Source of the DNA: Felis catus
Lineage: Eukaryota
Assembly: GCF_018350175.1 (NCBI RefSeq)
Contig: NC_058368.1
Coordinates: forward strand, 206,648,001 to 206,712,000
Length of the DNA: 64,000 nt
Direction of reading: 5' to 3'
Every line of letters starts with the position of its first letter. Within the stretch, counting starts at the first letter, position 1. The position numbers were made by a program, and so were the translations under genes. The notes under the pieces were generated by a model. It was not told where the DNA came from and searched no databases. It saw only the letters and a program-made list of their open reading frames with translations. Of the stretch, positions 63,907 through 64,000 are shown piece by piece.

Positions 63907-64000
63907 TTTATTATCACCACTATAACTGTCTTAGTAAAACAGACCCTTGTAAATTTTGGAGGAAAACTAGGAAAGAAGTAGGGGTAGCAGAATAGAACCT

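Overview
AT-rich mammalian non-coding DNA from a feliform carnivore, most likely a cat, judged from its Can-SINE/SINEC_Fc and L1_Fc-type repeats. I found no host protein-coding exon, RNA gene, CpG island or CRISPR array. Every ORF I could recognise is retroelement-derived. Main contents: a decayed ERV-L pol (1-~3000, minus strand; protease, RT, RNase H, integrase); a full-length but dead ~6.7 kb L1 with TSD (54157-60896, minus strand); five truncated young L1s with TSDs; 16 carnivore SINEs; several solo LTRs; MER20; and old MIR, L2 and L1M fragments. I see no new biological system. The most interesting signals record retrotransposition mechanisms: a probable L1 3' transduction (16118-16629), a twin-priming inversion (26044-26071), a TSD-flanked 97-bp L1 5'-end relic (29380-29476), a 53-bp duplication plus ~94-bp deletion inside one L1, and a young patchwork 13-bp minisatellite (14904-15015). 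Strong minus-strand bias of L1s and LTRs suggests the window lies in an intron of a plus-strand gene. Repeat family names come from my recall of consensus sequences, not from a database search; boundaries of ancient repeats are approximate.
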